From contig JBOZIK010000001.1 in assembly GCA_051453625.1 (NCBI GenBank), forward strand, positions 1,549,798-1,612,668: DNA of 62,871 nt, in the 5' to 3' direction. The notes below the pieces were generated by a model. It did no database searches. It was given only the letters and a program-made list of their open reading frames with translations, and was not told where the DNA came from. A program made the translations under genes and the position numbers. This document shows positions 26,190 through 39,299 of this stretch, one piece after another. Numbering within the stretch: the stretch's first letter is position 1; each line of letters starts with the position of its first letter. This DNA comes from Welwitschia mirabilis. Its lineage: Eukaryota.

Positions 26190-28790
26190 TGGTTAATCTT
26201 AAGAAGAAATATCAGAGAAAAAGGATGTTAATAGAAAAGGACATAAAAGAAGGACTGGTAGATACCAAGAATGAATTAGAAAATCAATTTCTAGGTGAAA
26301 AAAATCCTCCTTCTAAAATTTGTTTTTTCTAAATTTGAATTCCTAAAAAAGCCCTATAGAAGGAGAAAACCAGTTTACAATGTCAAGTGCCACTCATAAG
26401 CAAAAATAAGTTATAAGATCTTCTACCTCTAATCCTAATACAAACCTTATCCTAAGGGAATTATTAGCCAATAAAAAATGAGAGACTCAAATCCCTTTTA
26501 ATATAGCCTTAGGAGATGATGTTGAGCTTAAAAATTTATATGCATACCCAACTTTTAGTGGAGAAGATGATGACGATTCTCTTCAATATATTATAAACAT
26601 AGAATAAGTAATCCTCACCTTAGAAAATTAGTGATAAAACATACATGATAATCTTTCCTATGACCTTAAAAGGTAGAGCTAAAAATTAGCTAAAAACCAT
26701 ACCCCATAAAAGCTTAAAAACTTGGGAACAAGTCCAAGAAAACTTTATGAAAAGATTCATGAGTGAAGAAACCATAAGAAAAAGAAAAAAGGAGGTAACA
26801 AACTTTCAATAAAAATCAAATGAATATTATGCTTCCACTTATAAATGTTTCTTCCTAGTAACCCACTCTAATCTAGTAGGTGCTTTCTTAAGATAAGAAC
26901 TAGTAAGCTACTTTTATAGTGGATTAACTCCCCATATAAAACAACTTATAGATTTCTCTTATGCTAGAAATTTTATGAACTTTACACTATATAATATTTG
27001 AACAAAATTAGAAGAACTTATGGAGGTTAGTCAAACTTAGCCAAACCCAAAATAAAACTACACTGTAGGTTAAATTATCAAAGATTTAAATGAAGTAAAA
27101 CAAAAAGAGGTAGAAAACAATTCTGCAAATTTCATGAAAGACTTTACAATAACCTTGGAGAAGTATGTAGAAATAATTTTAGATGTGAAATCCATAACTA
27201 AGAAAAATGTCATATCAACTTATAACTTATGTGATGATAATTATCACATTACCAAAAATTATCCTTTTTTACCAACATACAAAGAAAGAATATGTGAAGA
27301 AGTTTGTTCTTTCAATCAACCATCTAAAAACTTTAGAAATCAAAATTAGGCACAACCTAAGCTAAACACTGAGTTTCAAAAAAAACTCTCAACCTTTTAG
27401 AAACTGATTCAAAGACACAAATTACCAACCAAGTTCATCCAAATTTCAACATCCAAATGATTAACTCATAAACTTTATAAATGAAATTAGAAAATCAAAT
27501 GATAACATTAAAAACTTAGTAAACATCTTTTAACAAATAATGTTGGCAAATCAAAGATCTTAAGGAACATTAGCTATACAACCTTTATCAAACCCCAATG
27601 AGATAAGAAAAGATTCTAAGGTTGTGACAAGAAGTGGACAAGAAACAAATCCTCCTCCATGTGAACCTTCTACCTCCCAAAACAATTTTTAGAATGATGA
27701 AGAAGAAGAGGAATAGGACACTGAAATATTATAATATTATAACTTTTCTTCTTTTGATTTAAAAACAAAAAAATCCTTTTCAACAAATCACCCCCTGGCT
27801 TGATAGACTTAACAAAAATTCAACTTTCAATGAATATCTTAAAGCCTTAATGAAAAATATGAGCATAGACTTACCCTTTTAAAAACTCTTACAACAAAAT
27901 CTAGGGTACTCAAAACTATGGAAAGACCTAATAAGAAGAAAACAAAAATGAGTTATCCCTAGTAAAGTCTTTCTAGCTCAATCCCTTAAAAATTTAATGT
28001 TATAAAAATCATCAAAATTTAAAGATCTAAGAGCAGTAATGGTGAATGCTACAATAGAAGGAAATAAAAAGATTAGAAAAGCCTTAATTAACATTAGATT
28101 GAGTGTCCACATAATGCTACTACACATTTGTAAGAGACTTGGTTTAGAGGATAGAATAGAGCCTACTCTAGTTGTCTTATAATTACTAGACACTTTAGTT
28201 AAGAAATCTTTAGGTGTCATCAAATATTTGGTAATTCAAATTAAAGAGTCTTACTACCCAATAGATGCAATTATCATAGAAGTTAAACATAACAAAGGAT
28301 ACCCATTACTTCTAAGACGAGCCTTTTATGAAATAGCCCATTGCATCATTAACATAAGAGCTAGAACAATGAAATTTCATGTTGGAAATAGAATATTTAC
28401 AATAGAGTGTTTGATGTAGCTGAAAAATATTTAAGTGATGATAATTTAAACATTGAAAATAACATTAAACCAACCTTATTTCTACAACATCATTTACTTA
28501 AAAAAGAAAAATGAAATTACATGAGCCTATTCTTTGTGATGATCCACTTGCGATTAAAAATGAAGAGATTAATGATACATTCAAATTTGAGAATGAGAAA
28601 GAAATGAAACCTTTAGATTGTAAGGAAGTTCAACTTTTAAACTCATACATTAAGAGAGATTATCCATTACATGAGCCAAAAATTGAAATCATAATTTAAA
28701 TTTGAATCTTAAAAACCTTTATGATGGACTTAAATATTATTTGCTTTATGATAAAACATTTGTGATTAATGAAAATATTTTATAAAAATC
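26190..28790 (+). pseudogene. gag-protease relic, element D internal copy 1
   Basis: IFPMTLKGRAKN*LKTIPHKSLKTWEQVQENFMKRF (~26650-26760); degenerate Zn knuckle; PR KFKDLRAVMVNATIEGNKKIRKALINIRLSVHIM and YYPIDAIIIEV..GYPLLLRRAF (ORF 28228-28419). Confidence 0.88.
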
Positions 28791-30549
28791 ATCATTATTC
28801 TCCCCTTTGACTTCCCAAATTTCTGCTTTCATGTGGCATTATAAAGTTTTATCAATTATCCCTCTCTTCATCCAATTGATTTTACTTAAAAATAATTGTA
28901 CATTTTTTATGTTTTATCAATTGATAAACTTCTGGTTTGGACCTTAATTCTTTGAAAACTTATAAAATTAGTAGACTATCAAAACACATATTTTTCCTTT
29001 TTCTTTTATTTTCAATAAAAGTTTTCAATATATTTTTAGGCTTTGAATAAAATTTCCTATTTTTAATGTTTTCTTTCTCATTTTTAATCCTAATATTTGA
29101 TTTTATTTTTACCTTTTTATTTTACTTTTATATGTGTATCATTCCTACTATTATTCCCATGACAGTTAGGATAATAGTCTCTATTTTCTATTTTTACTCT
29201 CAGTTTCCTACTAAATTTTTACTTTTTATTTTTGTTTTCTATCTCTGTCATCCTCACTATTGTCTGAATGATGATCAGGATGATAGATAGCTAATAAATA
29301 ATATATGTTTTCATTATTTTGAAGAAAATACATTTTGATGGCTCTGTTGAGATTTTTGACTTAATTATTTTAGGAAGATAATGGTTAAAGTTTTAAATTA
29401 ATCAAGAAAACTGTCTAAATTGTCTCTTAGCTTTTCCCTTTAGAGATCATTATGGCATTACTTAATCATCTTTCAAACATGATTTATATATTTATCTCCA
29501 TGAGTAGTCTTTTGACTTTGGCACTTTCATGGTGAAATTAGATTTAGCTAATCTTAGGACATTCACATGTCTATGAACTTTAGTTTGAAGGAAGATGTTT
29601 TATTTTTGGTCTTTTTCTCAAGGGTGAAAAGGTCTTAGATTATTTAAAAGTGTTAATTTCTGTCTTCATCCTTTGACTTGACCTTTGTCTCTTGAATGTT
29701 TGGTCATGTGAATTATTTTCTTTTTTTCTAATAAAAATACAAAAAAAAGAGATTTAAAGAAGGCCATGATGTTTTCTATTTATTATATTTTAAAAAAATG
29801 GTCATCATGATGTCCTACAGAAAATACACTAGGGAAAATATTTCTAAGAGGAGCCTTTGGTAGTGTAATATGATAGCTATGGGAACTCCACTGGGAGGTC
29901 AGTTGGTCATGCTTCATGGGTCTTTACTTCTCTAATAGTAATCATCATGGATAATAAAATAATAAAAATTAGAAGGCTAAGGGATCAGTGGTGTTACTAG
30001 TATTATTAAAGGCATTTCTTGTTTTCTAGACTCTTGATCATTCCATATGGTTGTTTCATTTCTTGGAATTCTAGTGTTTGTTTTAAGGTATTGGTAGGTG
30101 AGTTCATTTTTGAGTAATTCTTTGATCTAATCATTTATTATTTAAAGCATTTCTTTTAAGCATCATCATAATCAATGCCTTATTGAATGGAATTTTTTAA
30201 ATATTATGTCATGCATTTTCCAAAATCAAGTGATTTTATGATTTCTTTCTTGAGGGTCTACTAGGTTAAAATGTCAGACAGGTGAGTAATCTTTTGTTCA
30301 TGTTACCTCATGTCCATCATTTTTATTTTCTTTTGTGGTTTAGTTAGTTATTTAAAAGTCATTACCATTTTTTCTTATATTTTAATACTTTAATGCTTTA
30401 TTTGTTCAGTTTTCAACAAAACAAATTAATTTGTTACTTACATAAATATNNNNNNNNNNNNNNNNNNNNNNNNNNNNNNNNNNNNNNNNNNNNNNNNNNN
30501 NNNNNNNNNNNNNNNNNNNNNNNNNNNNNNNNNNNNNNNNNNNNNNNNN

Positions 30550-32491
30550 AATTTTAACAAAAACCAAATGAATATTATGCTTTTACATACAAACACTTCT
30601 TCATAGCAATCCATTCTAATCCAATATATGCTTTCTTATAAGAAAAACTAGTGAGGTACTTTTATAGTGGATTAACTCCCCACATAAGATAGATTTTAGA
30701 TTTCTCTTGTGATGAAAATTTTATGAACCTTACATTAGACAATGCCTAGATAAAATTATAATAACTTGTGGAGGCTAGTCAAACTTGGCCAAACTCAGAA
30801 AAAAAAAAAACACGCATTGTAGGCCAAATTATCAAAGATTTAAATAAAGTAAAATAAAAATAGGTAGAAAACAATCCTATAAATTTCATGAAATAGTTTA
30901 TAACAACTTTGGAGAAGTATGCAGAAATGATTTTAGATGCCAAATATGCAATCAAAAAAAATGTTATGCCAACTTGTGATTTATGTAAGGATAATTATCA
31001 CATCACCAAAAACTATCCCTTATTACCAACATATAAAGAAAGAATACATGAAGAAGTATGCACCTTTAATCAAACATCTTAAAACTTTAGAAGTCCAAAT
31101 TAGGCACAACCAAGGTTGAATACTCATTTCTAAAATAACTCTCAACCTTTCAGAAATGGATTTTAAAACATAAATTTCCAATCAAGTTCATCTAACTTTC
31201 AACATTCAAATGATCAACTTACAAACATTTTGGATCAAATGAGAAAAACACATAAAAAAATAAATGCCAAACTTAATAACTTGATATATGTCCTTTAATA
31301 AATAATGCTAGTAAATCAAAGACCTCAAAGAATATTAGCTACACAAAGTTTATCAAATTATAATAAAATAAGAAAAGAATGTGGGGCTATGACAAGAAGT
31401 TGAAAAGAAACAAACAATCCTCTATATCAACCTTCCACCTCTCAAAATAACTTTCGAGATAATAAAGAAGAAGAGAAAGATTATAAGTTCCATTCTCTTG
31501 GTAAAAAGAAAAAGAAAAATTCTTCACAAGAATAACTAATCACTCCTTGGCTTGATAAGCTTAACAATAATTTAATTTTAACAAACATCTTAAATCCTTG
31601 ATGAAAAACATGAGCATAAACTTACCTTTTTGGAAAATTTTGCAACAAAATCTGGGGTACTCAAAATTATGGAAAGAATTAACAAGAAGAAAATAAAAAT
31701 GAGTCATAAATTTAGTATGATAAAAATCACCCAAATTTAAAGATCCTAAAGTAGTAATAATGAATGTTACATTAGAGGGAAATAAAAAGATTAAAAGAGC
31801 CTTACTTAATATTAGACTGAGTTTTAACATAATGCCACTACACATTTACAAGAGACTTGGTCTGAAGGATAGAATAAAGCCTACCTAGTTTATCTTAAAA
31901 TTAGCAGATACTTTAATTTAAAAACTTAAGATTTGGCAATTCAATTTGAAGAGGATTACTACCAAATAGATGTGATCATCTTAGAAGTTGAACATAATAG
32001 AGGATACACTCTACTTTTAAGGCAAGCCTTTTATGCAACAGCCCATTGCATAATTGACATAAGAGCTGGAATAATGAAATTTCACTTTGGAAATAGAACA
32101 TTTATAATTAGTGTCTCTGATGCAGCTGAAAAAAATTTAGATGATGCTAAATTGAACATTAAAAGTAACATCAAACCAATATTATTCCTACAATATCCTT
32201 CATTTAAAAAAAAGAGAGATGAAATTACATGATCATATGCTTTCTGATAACTCACTTGAGATTAAGAAATTAGAATCTAATAATACATCCAACTTTGAGA
32301 ATGAAGAAGAAATGAAACCTTTAAATTACAAGAAAGTCCAACTTTTAAACTCAAACCTTGAGAGAGATTGTCTATTACATGAGCCAAAAATTGAAAACCA
32401 TAATTTGAATTTGGATTTCAAAAACCTTTTAAGTGGACTTGAATATAATTTTCTTTATGAAAATTTTGCGATCAATGAAAATATTTTATAA
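30550..32491 (+). pseudogene. gag C-terminus-protease relic, element D internal copy 2
   Basis: Homologous to 26800-28790; CDLCKDNYHITKNYP (~30975); ORFs 31933-32232 and 32219-32491 are paralogues of 28228-28419 and 28511-28699. Confidence 0.88.
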
Positions 32492-34501
32492 GAATCACTG
32501 TCACTCTCCTCTTTGACTTCCAAAAATTTATTCTTTCATATGGCATCATAAAGTTTTATCCATAGTCCTTCTTTCCATCTAATTAATTTTACTTAAAACT
32601 AATTATACACCTTTTATGTTTTATCAATTGGTAAACTTCTAGTTTGGACCTTACTTCTATAAAAACATGCAAAATTAATGGACCATCAAAACACATCCTT
32701 TCCCATAAAATTATTTAGTAGATTTTTTAATGCTTTGAATAAAATCTGTTATTTGGATGTTTTCCTTTTGATTTTTTTATCTCTAATTTTATTTTCAACT
32801 TTTTGTTTTCATTTTTTGTGTGTGTTGTCCCTTCTATCATTTCCATGATAGTTNNNNNNNNNNCTAGTGTTGATTAATTTTAATTTTTTATTATTTTAAA
32901 AAAATACATTTTGATGGCTTTGTTGAGATTTCTAACTTAAGTGCTTAAGATTTTTAGAAAGATAATGGAAAAAGTTTGAAATTACACAAGCAAATCATCT
33001 GAATTTTCTCTTACATTTTTCCTTTAGAGGTTATTATGGCATTACTTAATCATCTTTCCAATATGATTTATGTATTTATTTTCATGACTAATCTTTTGAC
33101 TTAGGCACTTCAGTGGCAAGATTGGATCCAACCAATATTAAGACATTCACATGTCTATAAAATTTAGTTTAAAATAATATGATTTATTTTTTATGTTTTT
33201 CTTAATGGTGAAAAGGTATTAGATTGTTTAAGAGTGTTCTTTTCTATCTTTATCTTTTGACTTCACCTTTGTCTTTTAGAGTGTTTTTTCATGTGAAATA
33301 TTTCTTTATTATCAGGAAAAAAAGAAAAAAAGAAAGTAAAATAAGGCCATGATGTTTTGTTTGAGATATTTCAAAAACATGATCATCATGATGTCTTACC
33401 ACAACTACACTAGGGCAAATATTTCCAAGAGGAGCCTTTGGCAATGTAATATGATAGCTGTGGGAACTTCACTCGGAGGTTAGTTGGCCATGCTTTGTGG
33501 GTTCTTACTTCTCTGATAGTGGTTGCACTTCCTCATGATTGAAATAAAATAATAATAGCTTGAAGGCTACAGGATCAGTAATATCCCTAGTGTCATTAGA
33601 GGCATTGCTTATTTTTTAGACTCTTAGCCCTTCCACATAATCATTTCATTTCTTGAGATTTAGATGTTTGTTTTGAGATATTGGCAAGTGAGTTCATTTT
33701 TAAGCAACTCTTTATTTTAATAATTTATTTTGAAAGCATTTATTTTAGCATCATCATAACTACCACCTTATCGAATGGAATTTTTTATACATTAAGTCAT
33801 GCATTTTAAAATTAAGTGATGTTATGATTTATTTCATAAGAGTTTGCTAGGCTTAAATGTTAGATAGGTAAGTTATCTTTTGTTTATGTTACTTTTTGCC
33901 TATTCTTTTTGTTTTATTTTGTGGTTTAGTTAGTTATTTCATAGTCATTACTATATTTTCTTAGATTTTTAGGATCATAATGCTTTCTTTATTCAGTTTT
34001 CAATAAAAAGAATTAATTTCTTACTTGCATAAATTTTTCATGATTTTTTTGAATTCTTAATGCTGCTCTTAATCATTTATTATGATGAAATATTTTTCCT
34101 ATCAAAATATTTAATCTATTGATTTTTTTCACATCTGACATTCTACTTAGCTTTGCATTTCATTTTGAAAGATGTCCAATTTTAAATTACCCATCATCTA
34201 CCTTCTCACTTACATCTACTTTATTTTTCTTTATTTTCCAATACAGGATGTATTTCTTTTCTTGGAGGGGTAGGGCCTAGTTCCATTACTTATTTTATAA
34301 ATTTTTGAGTTATTTTAGAGCTTTCATAACATAAAAGTTTAAAATTTTCATACATATTTTCATTACATGTTATTTTGTTATGAGATGTGTATTATGATCC
34401 TATTTTAAAATTTTTAGATTGATTTTTATAAAACAAATTGGCTCGCAACTATGATTTTTACCTGGTATTGTCAGGGACTAACTTAGGCTAAGTGGGGACT
34501 A

Positions 34502-35571
34502 TGTTGTACTCCTAATTTAAGGTTATTTGATGGGGTTTTATGAGTTATCTTGCAGGACATTTACATAGGTCTAGGTGCAAATCTGAGGATTTTAGAAAAA
34601 TAACATAAGATATCAGAAATATGTAATTATTACCTAGATTTGATGCATTTAAGGTACATTTTAATACACAGATCCTTAGAATAAGATTATTAATAGAAAG
34701 TCTAGTTTCTACTTTGCAAAATGATCAAAGAAGATCATTGTCCACTTTATCATCTCCATAATAGGTAGGACAATGATACTATTAGTTACTAATGTGGAAC
34801 ATTGAATCACTTCTGAGTCATCATTCTGAGTCATCTTTTATAATGAGCTATCATCCCCGATGTCATTTGGATGATAGTCAGGATGACATTGACATGTAAC
34901 TGACTATGATAGTTGACCCTGACCATTTCATCTATTTCTTTTATGTAAAAAAGCATGTTTTTGGAGCACCTTATTCTGTCATTTTCTGCTATGTTTTATT
35001 ACAAATAAGTCCTCCTTCAACTCTCCTTCTCATCTTCATTGCACTAGAAATTCTCATGATAGGAGATCGAAAGGTGGTAGATCCATTTTGAGTGTTACAA
35101 AAAGATATTCCCTTAGTGGAGGGTTGTGTATCCTCTATTGAGGCTCAGTCGTTTTGCAACCCAGATGCTTAGTTACTCTTTAATATAAGTCTTATTTTCT
35201 TTATTGCATATTAGATTGTTTGATGATCCTTATGATTTATGATTGCCTTTGATCTAGTAGTAATTTCTTGGTAATATAGATTATTAAGGGATGCCTTTGT
35301 TAAGGCTGAGAAATTAGTTTAGGATCATTTGTATTTGCATTTAGATTAAATTGCATTTTTATTTTTCTAAATTATTATTTAGTTCTAGTTCCCATTTACT
35401 TTCTTTGCAAAAAGTAATCCAAGTCTTATCTCATGGTCCTCAATGAGAATACGACATTTGGGTTAACTTCCATTCATACTAATGTGTTGTATTGTGTGAG
35501 AAATCTATTTTATTTTATGAATTACAAAATCCCTTTGAATATAAATACTTGCACAAATACACACTGCAATA
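34502..35571 (+). repeat. 3' LTR of element D
   Basis: Starts tgttgtactcc after the PPT; ends cacactgcaata like the 5' LTR. Confidence 0.92.
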
Positions 35572-36605
35572 GTCTAATTCATGGAGCATAATCTCATCCA
35601 CCATATAATAAATAGTGAATCTAACTAACACTTTATCATTATATAATAATAGAAAGATTTCTAAAGTACTCAAAATATCTAAAATTAAATGATAAGTAAT
35701 AAAGAGGAATTCGTATACTAAAATAAACTTGATAGTTAAAGAAGTTTCCTAAGAATTCCAATTATAATTTTACTTATGAATTTAATTCAAAAGAAAATAA
35801 CTTTACCATTATTAAAAAAGGAACAACTTTATAGCAAAGTAAGAAATAAGTAGAAAGAACTTCTCCACAATTCTTAAAGACAATCTCACTTCCCTATAGA
35901 GTTTCCTAGAAAATCATCATAAGTTAATAATCCAAAGTGCTATAATTATTCAAGATAAAGATGATATAATAAAGGTTTAAGGTCCTTTATATAGTAAGAG
36001 ATGGGGAAGAGGGATGGTTATAAGTTCTTGGCTTATAGAGCTAGGTGGAAAATTACATGAGTACATTAGGTAGTATGGTTTATCTTCTCTTCCATTTGGT
36101 AAAGATGCTTATGAGAATGCCACCACTTGGTTTTAAAGTGCTACAGCCACTATCAACCACTAACTACACCTTGCATCTCCACCATTATCTTAATCATCCC
36201 TATCAAATATTGCTCTATAAATTCTCATCATCACAACCATGTGTTGATAAGAATGTAATTAATTTTTGATGTCAAATTTAATTTATTATAAAATTAAATT
36301 CTATCTAGGTTTCTAAAACATATCAAGAATATGAGTTTAGAGGTGATTTGAGCATGTAGGCTAGTAGCATTAGTAGGCTTAGCCAACAGCATGAGCATCT
36401 TAAGTAGAGTGATGATGAAATTAAGGCATGTTCTCCAATTAGGCATAATATACCTAAAAGTATTATGGAAAATAATTAAGTTTATAATTATGGTAAAAAG
36501 TAATAGGAGATATTTTTTTATTATAAAATTCATGATACTAATGTTTTTTATTAAGGTTAATTAGTCATTTAACATAATAAACATGTTAATTTTAACAAGT
36601 TAAAT
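35572..36605 (-). repeat. 5' LTR of element C, right fragment
   Basis: Matches ~18570-19620; ORF 36045-36269 mirrors ORF 19072-19284 because both lie in the LTR. Confidence 0.88.
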
Positions 36606-37049
36606 ACTCTCATCTTAACAACATTGGATACATTCTAATAAATAAGGGGAAAATTGTATAGATTAATGGAAACTTTGTAGATGAAAATTTTGGATTCTTG
36701 ATGTAAGACTAGTTAATGTAAGACTTGATGAATTAAGTTACAAGATACTAATGTAGTAGTAGTTTAAAAAGATACTTTAAAATATTTATGAGAAATGGAT
36801 TTTCTTATTCACTTAGAAAAATCAAGCATCTCTAGTATCTCATGATGATGAAAGTGGGTCAATTTCCTTACATATTAAGTTTAAGAGCTCTTAAGTTCAT
36901 GTAATGCATCCATCACTAAAAATTGATGATAGAGTATTTAATAAAATAATGACTCAGAGTAACTCTAAATCACTCTCATCAATCTATATTATTCCACTAG
37001 TTAAGCTAGAATTCTTTAGGAACTTGCATAGTCCTCGTAATGGAGGTAT

Positions 37050-38330
37050 TTCATGAAGAGTAATATGTAAGCCATTTATCTAGAAATTTATGTTACTATT
37101 TAAGCATATTTCTTCTTTATCAATCAAATGAATGTACAAGGCCTAACTTAATGGTTTTAATAACCTTGTGAAGCATAAAAATATGGCTATTAATTCATGG
37201 ATTTATGTAGTAAAAGGTAATAGATTATGATAACATCTTTTTTTCATTGGTACATATGATGATGGTACGATTTCTTATTACCTTATCTACACATTAACAT
37301 GTTAGTATTTATTACATGGATGTATCTTTTACTTTTGTAAATGATTACTTACACGAAGAAGTTTACATTAAAGACCAACTAGTATTGTACATTTAGATAG
37401 GCCTCATTGGATCTACCAATTTAAATCTACCATCTAAATTCTCTAGGGTGATGGTCATGTTGCTTTATGTTGAAAAACTTATCTTCTTTTCATCTTATTT
37501 CAAAGCCATTACTTAGTTTAAGAAAAAGATAATCAAGAAGTCTAAGATGTTTAATTTGATCAGATTAAGGTATTTTCTTAGCATCTTAAATTTTTATATC
37601 TCAAAGGGACCTTTCTTAATTTAGGAAAATTATTTTACATAAGGTTTAACTTTAATAATTGTAGTAGGATTAGGTTATCTTTTAATCTATACTTAAGGCT
37701 CTTCAATAAGGATGTCATATCACTCTTTGATCCTTTTACATATAGATTTATATTTAGTTTTCTATCATACCTTATTAATACTTAAATGAACTTAACATAT
37801 ATTATACATCATTCTTGTCAATTTATATATGATCCTAGTGGGTCACATTCATAGGCTATTAGATACATATTTAAGTACATGTTTAGTATTACATTGTATG
37901 GCCTCATGTATTCTTAAGTTATTAATAGCATATCTCTTATTTCATGCAAGACAAACTAGGTAGGTAGTCTAGATAATCTAAAGAAAATGTCTGAAAAACC
38001 TTATTTCCTTAGTATTTCATTGATATACTAAACTTATATAAAGAAAGACTATGTTGTTTTTCTACTATAGAGGCTAAGTATATGATGCTTAATAGTGAGG
38101 TTGAAATAGTCATATGATGTATGAGGCTCTATGATGAACTACACTTGTCATTTTAACTTCTAGCTTATGTTAAATTAATACCACATTTACAATGTCTATT
38201 TTATATAAGTTAATACATTACTAAAAGAATTAACACATACATGTGAAATCTTACTAGTTTAGAAGTGTTCTAAGGATTGAAAGACTAGATTTTTCACCAC
38301 TTAATAAGGATCTGATAGTAGACCTTCTAA
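37050..38330 (+). mobile_element. Highly degenerate Ty1/copia RT-RNase H relic
   Basis: MDV..TFVNDYLHEEVYIKDQ (~37316-37380), YVE (YVDD position, ~37465), KMFNLIRLRYFLSI, YRFIFSFLSYLINT..CQFIYDPSGSHS*AIRYIFKY, RH TN*VGSLDNLKKMS..YFLSISLI..EAKY (~37950-38080). Confidence 0.85.
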
Positions 38331-39299
38331 GAAGGATCATCTCCTACATTAACAGATTGAGTTATCAAGAAATATAAGCATATATGAAGATCCTATAAAA
38401 TATGGTATTTTTAGAGATTTAGAGCACTTGCAAATGCACCTAACATGTCTTCTTCACATTTATAGTTATCTTTATCTTGTGTGAAATTATGCTAGAATTG
38501 TTTCTTGGGTTTGCTTAACTTATGACTTTCCATTATTAAATAGAGTTTGCATGTTGAGTTATGTTAAGAGATAACTAAGGAAAAGTTAATGTTTTAGCTA
38601 GTACATAACTTCTAGTTGAGCTTTACTTTGAGATTTCTTAAGTTTAACTTAGACTTTGTTTCCTATACAAACCTAAATGGGTATGCTTTGTATTCATTCA
38701 AAGTTAGAGATTAGATTGTATACACAAATGTTTAGTTTCAATAATAGTTTTAGTTTTTCTTTGTAAATATTTATTTTCTCTTTTCCTCTTGTTCTTTAAG
38801 CTTTACTTATTCATACTTTTATTAAGATCACTAGGTTCTAATATTAATAAGAAAATAATTATCTTAATTGAAAAAGAAGGTGATTAAGTACTTATTAAAA
38901 ATTAAAGGCTAACTATGATACTGAATTCTATTTTTATAATTTGATCTAAACATTCATCCTCATATCTTAAAAATATTATTAAATCTATTATTATATTGGA
39001 ATACATAGGATTCATTAAATATAATATATCTTAGATAATATAGTTAATGATTGGAAAGGAATGCAATAGGATAATGATACTGACCTAAATATCACTTTAT
39101 CAAATTAGAATTTTCTAAATCTTATGACTAAATTAAATGGAATTTTATCCTTGCATGTCTTTGTTGATATGGTTTTGGTAATAAGTTTATTAGAATAATT
39201 GATTCTTTAATTTCTAATTCCCATGTTCACATTGCTTATATAATGGGTATTATTAAGAGCTTATGCCTTAAATGAGTAGTAAGATAAGGACACCCTTTT

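Larger units (their letters stand above)
24688..35571 (+). mobile_element. Element D: non-autonomous Athila-type element (gag+protease), internal region present twice
   Basis: LTRs 24688-25816 and 34502-35571 (TGTT...GCAAtA); TSD gtcca (24683-24687)/gtcta (35572-35576); PBS 25819-25837; PPT aagtggggact ~34490-34500; host LTR resumes exactly after it. Confidence 0.92.
18276..36605 (-). mobile_element. Element C: non-autonomous Athila-type LTR element (gag+protease only), 5' LTR interrupted by element D
   Basis: Paired LTRs (18276-19620; 24389-24687 + 35572-~36605), PPT at 19621, degenerate tRNA-Asp PBS at 24367-24385, gag and PR relics, no RT/RH/INT motifs found. Confidence 0.88.

Noticed and set aside
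29066..29290. Hydrophobic F/I/L-rich ORFs (also 468-743, 36294-36533) as env-like membrane proteins
   Set aside because: Expected by chance from T-rich UTR/LTR DNA; not preserved in the paralogous copies.
18271..36612. Target-site duplication for element C (ttccc vs ctctc)
   Set aside because: Only 3/5 match and the LTR end at ~36605 is ambiguous; not used as evidence.
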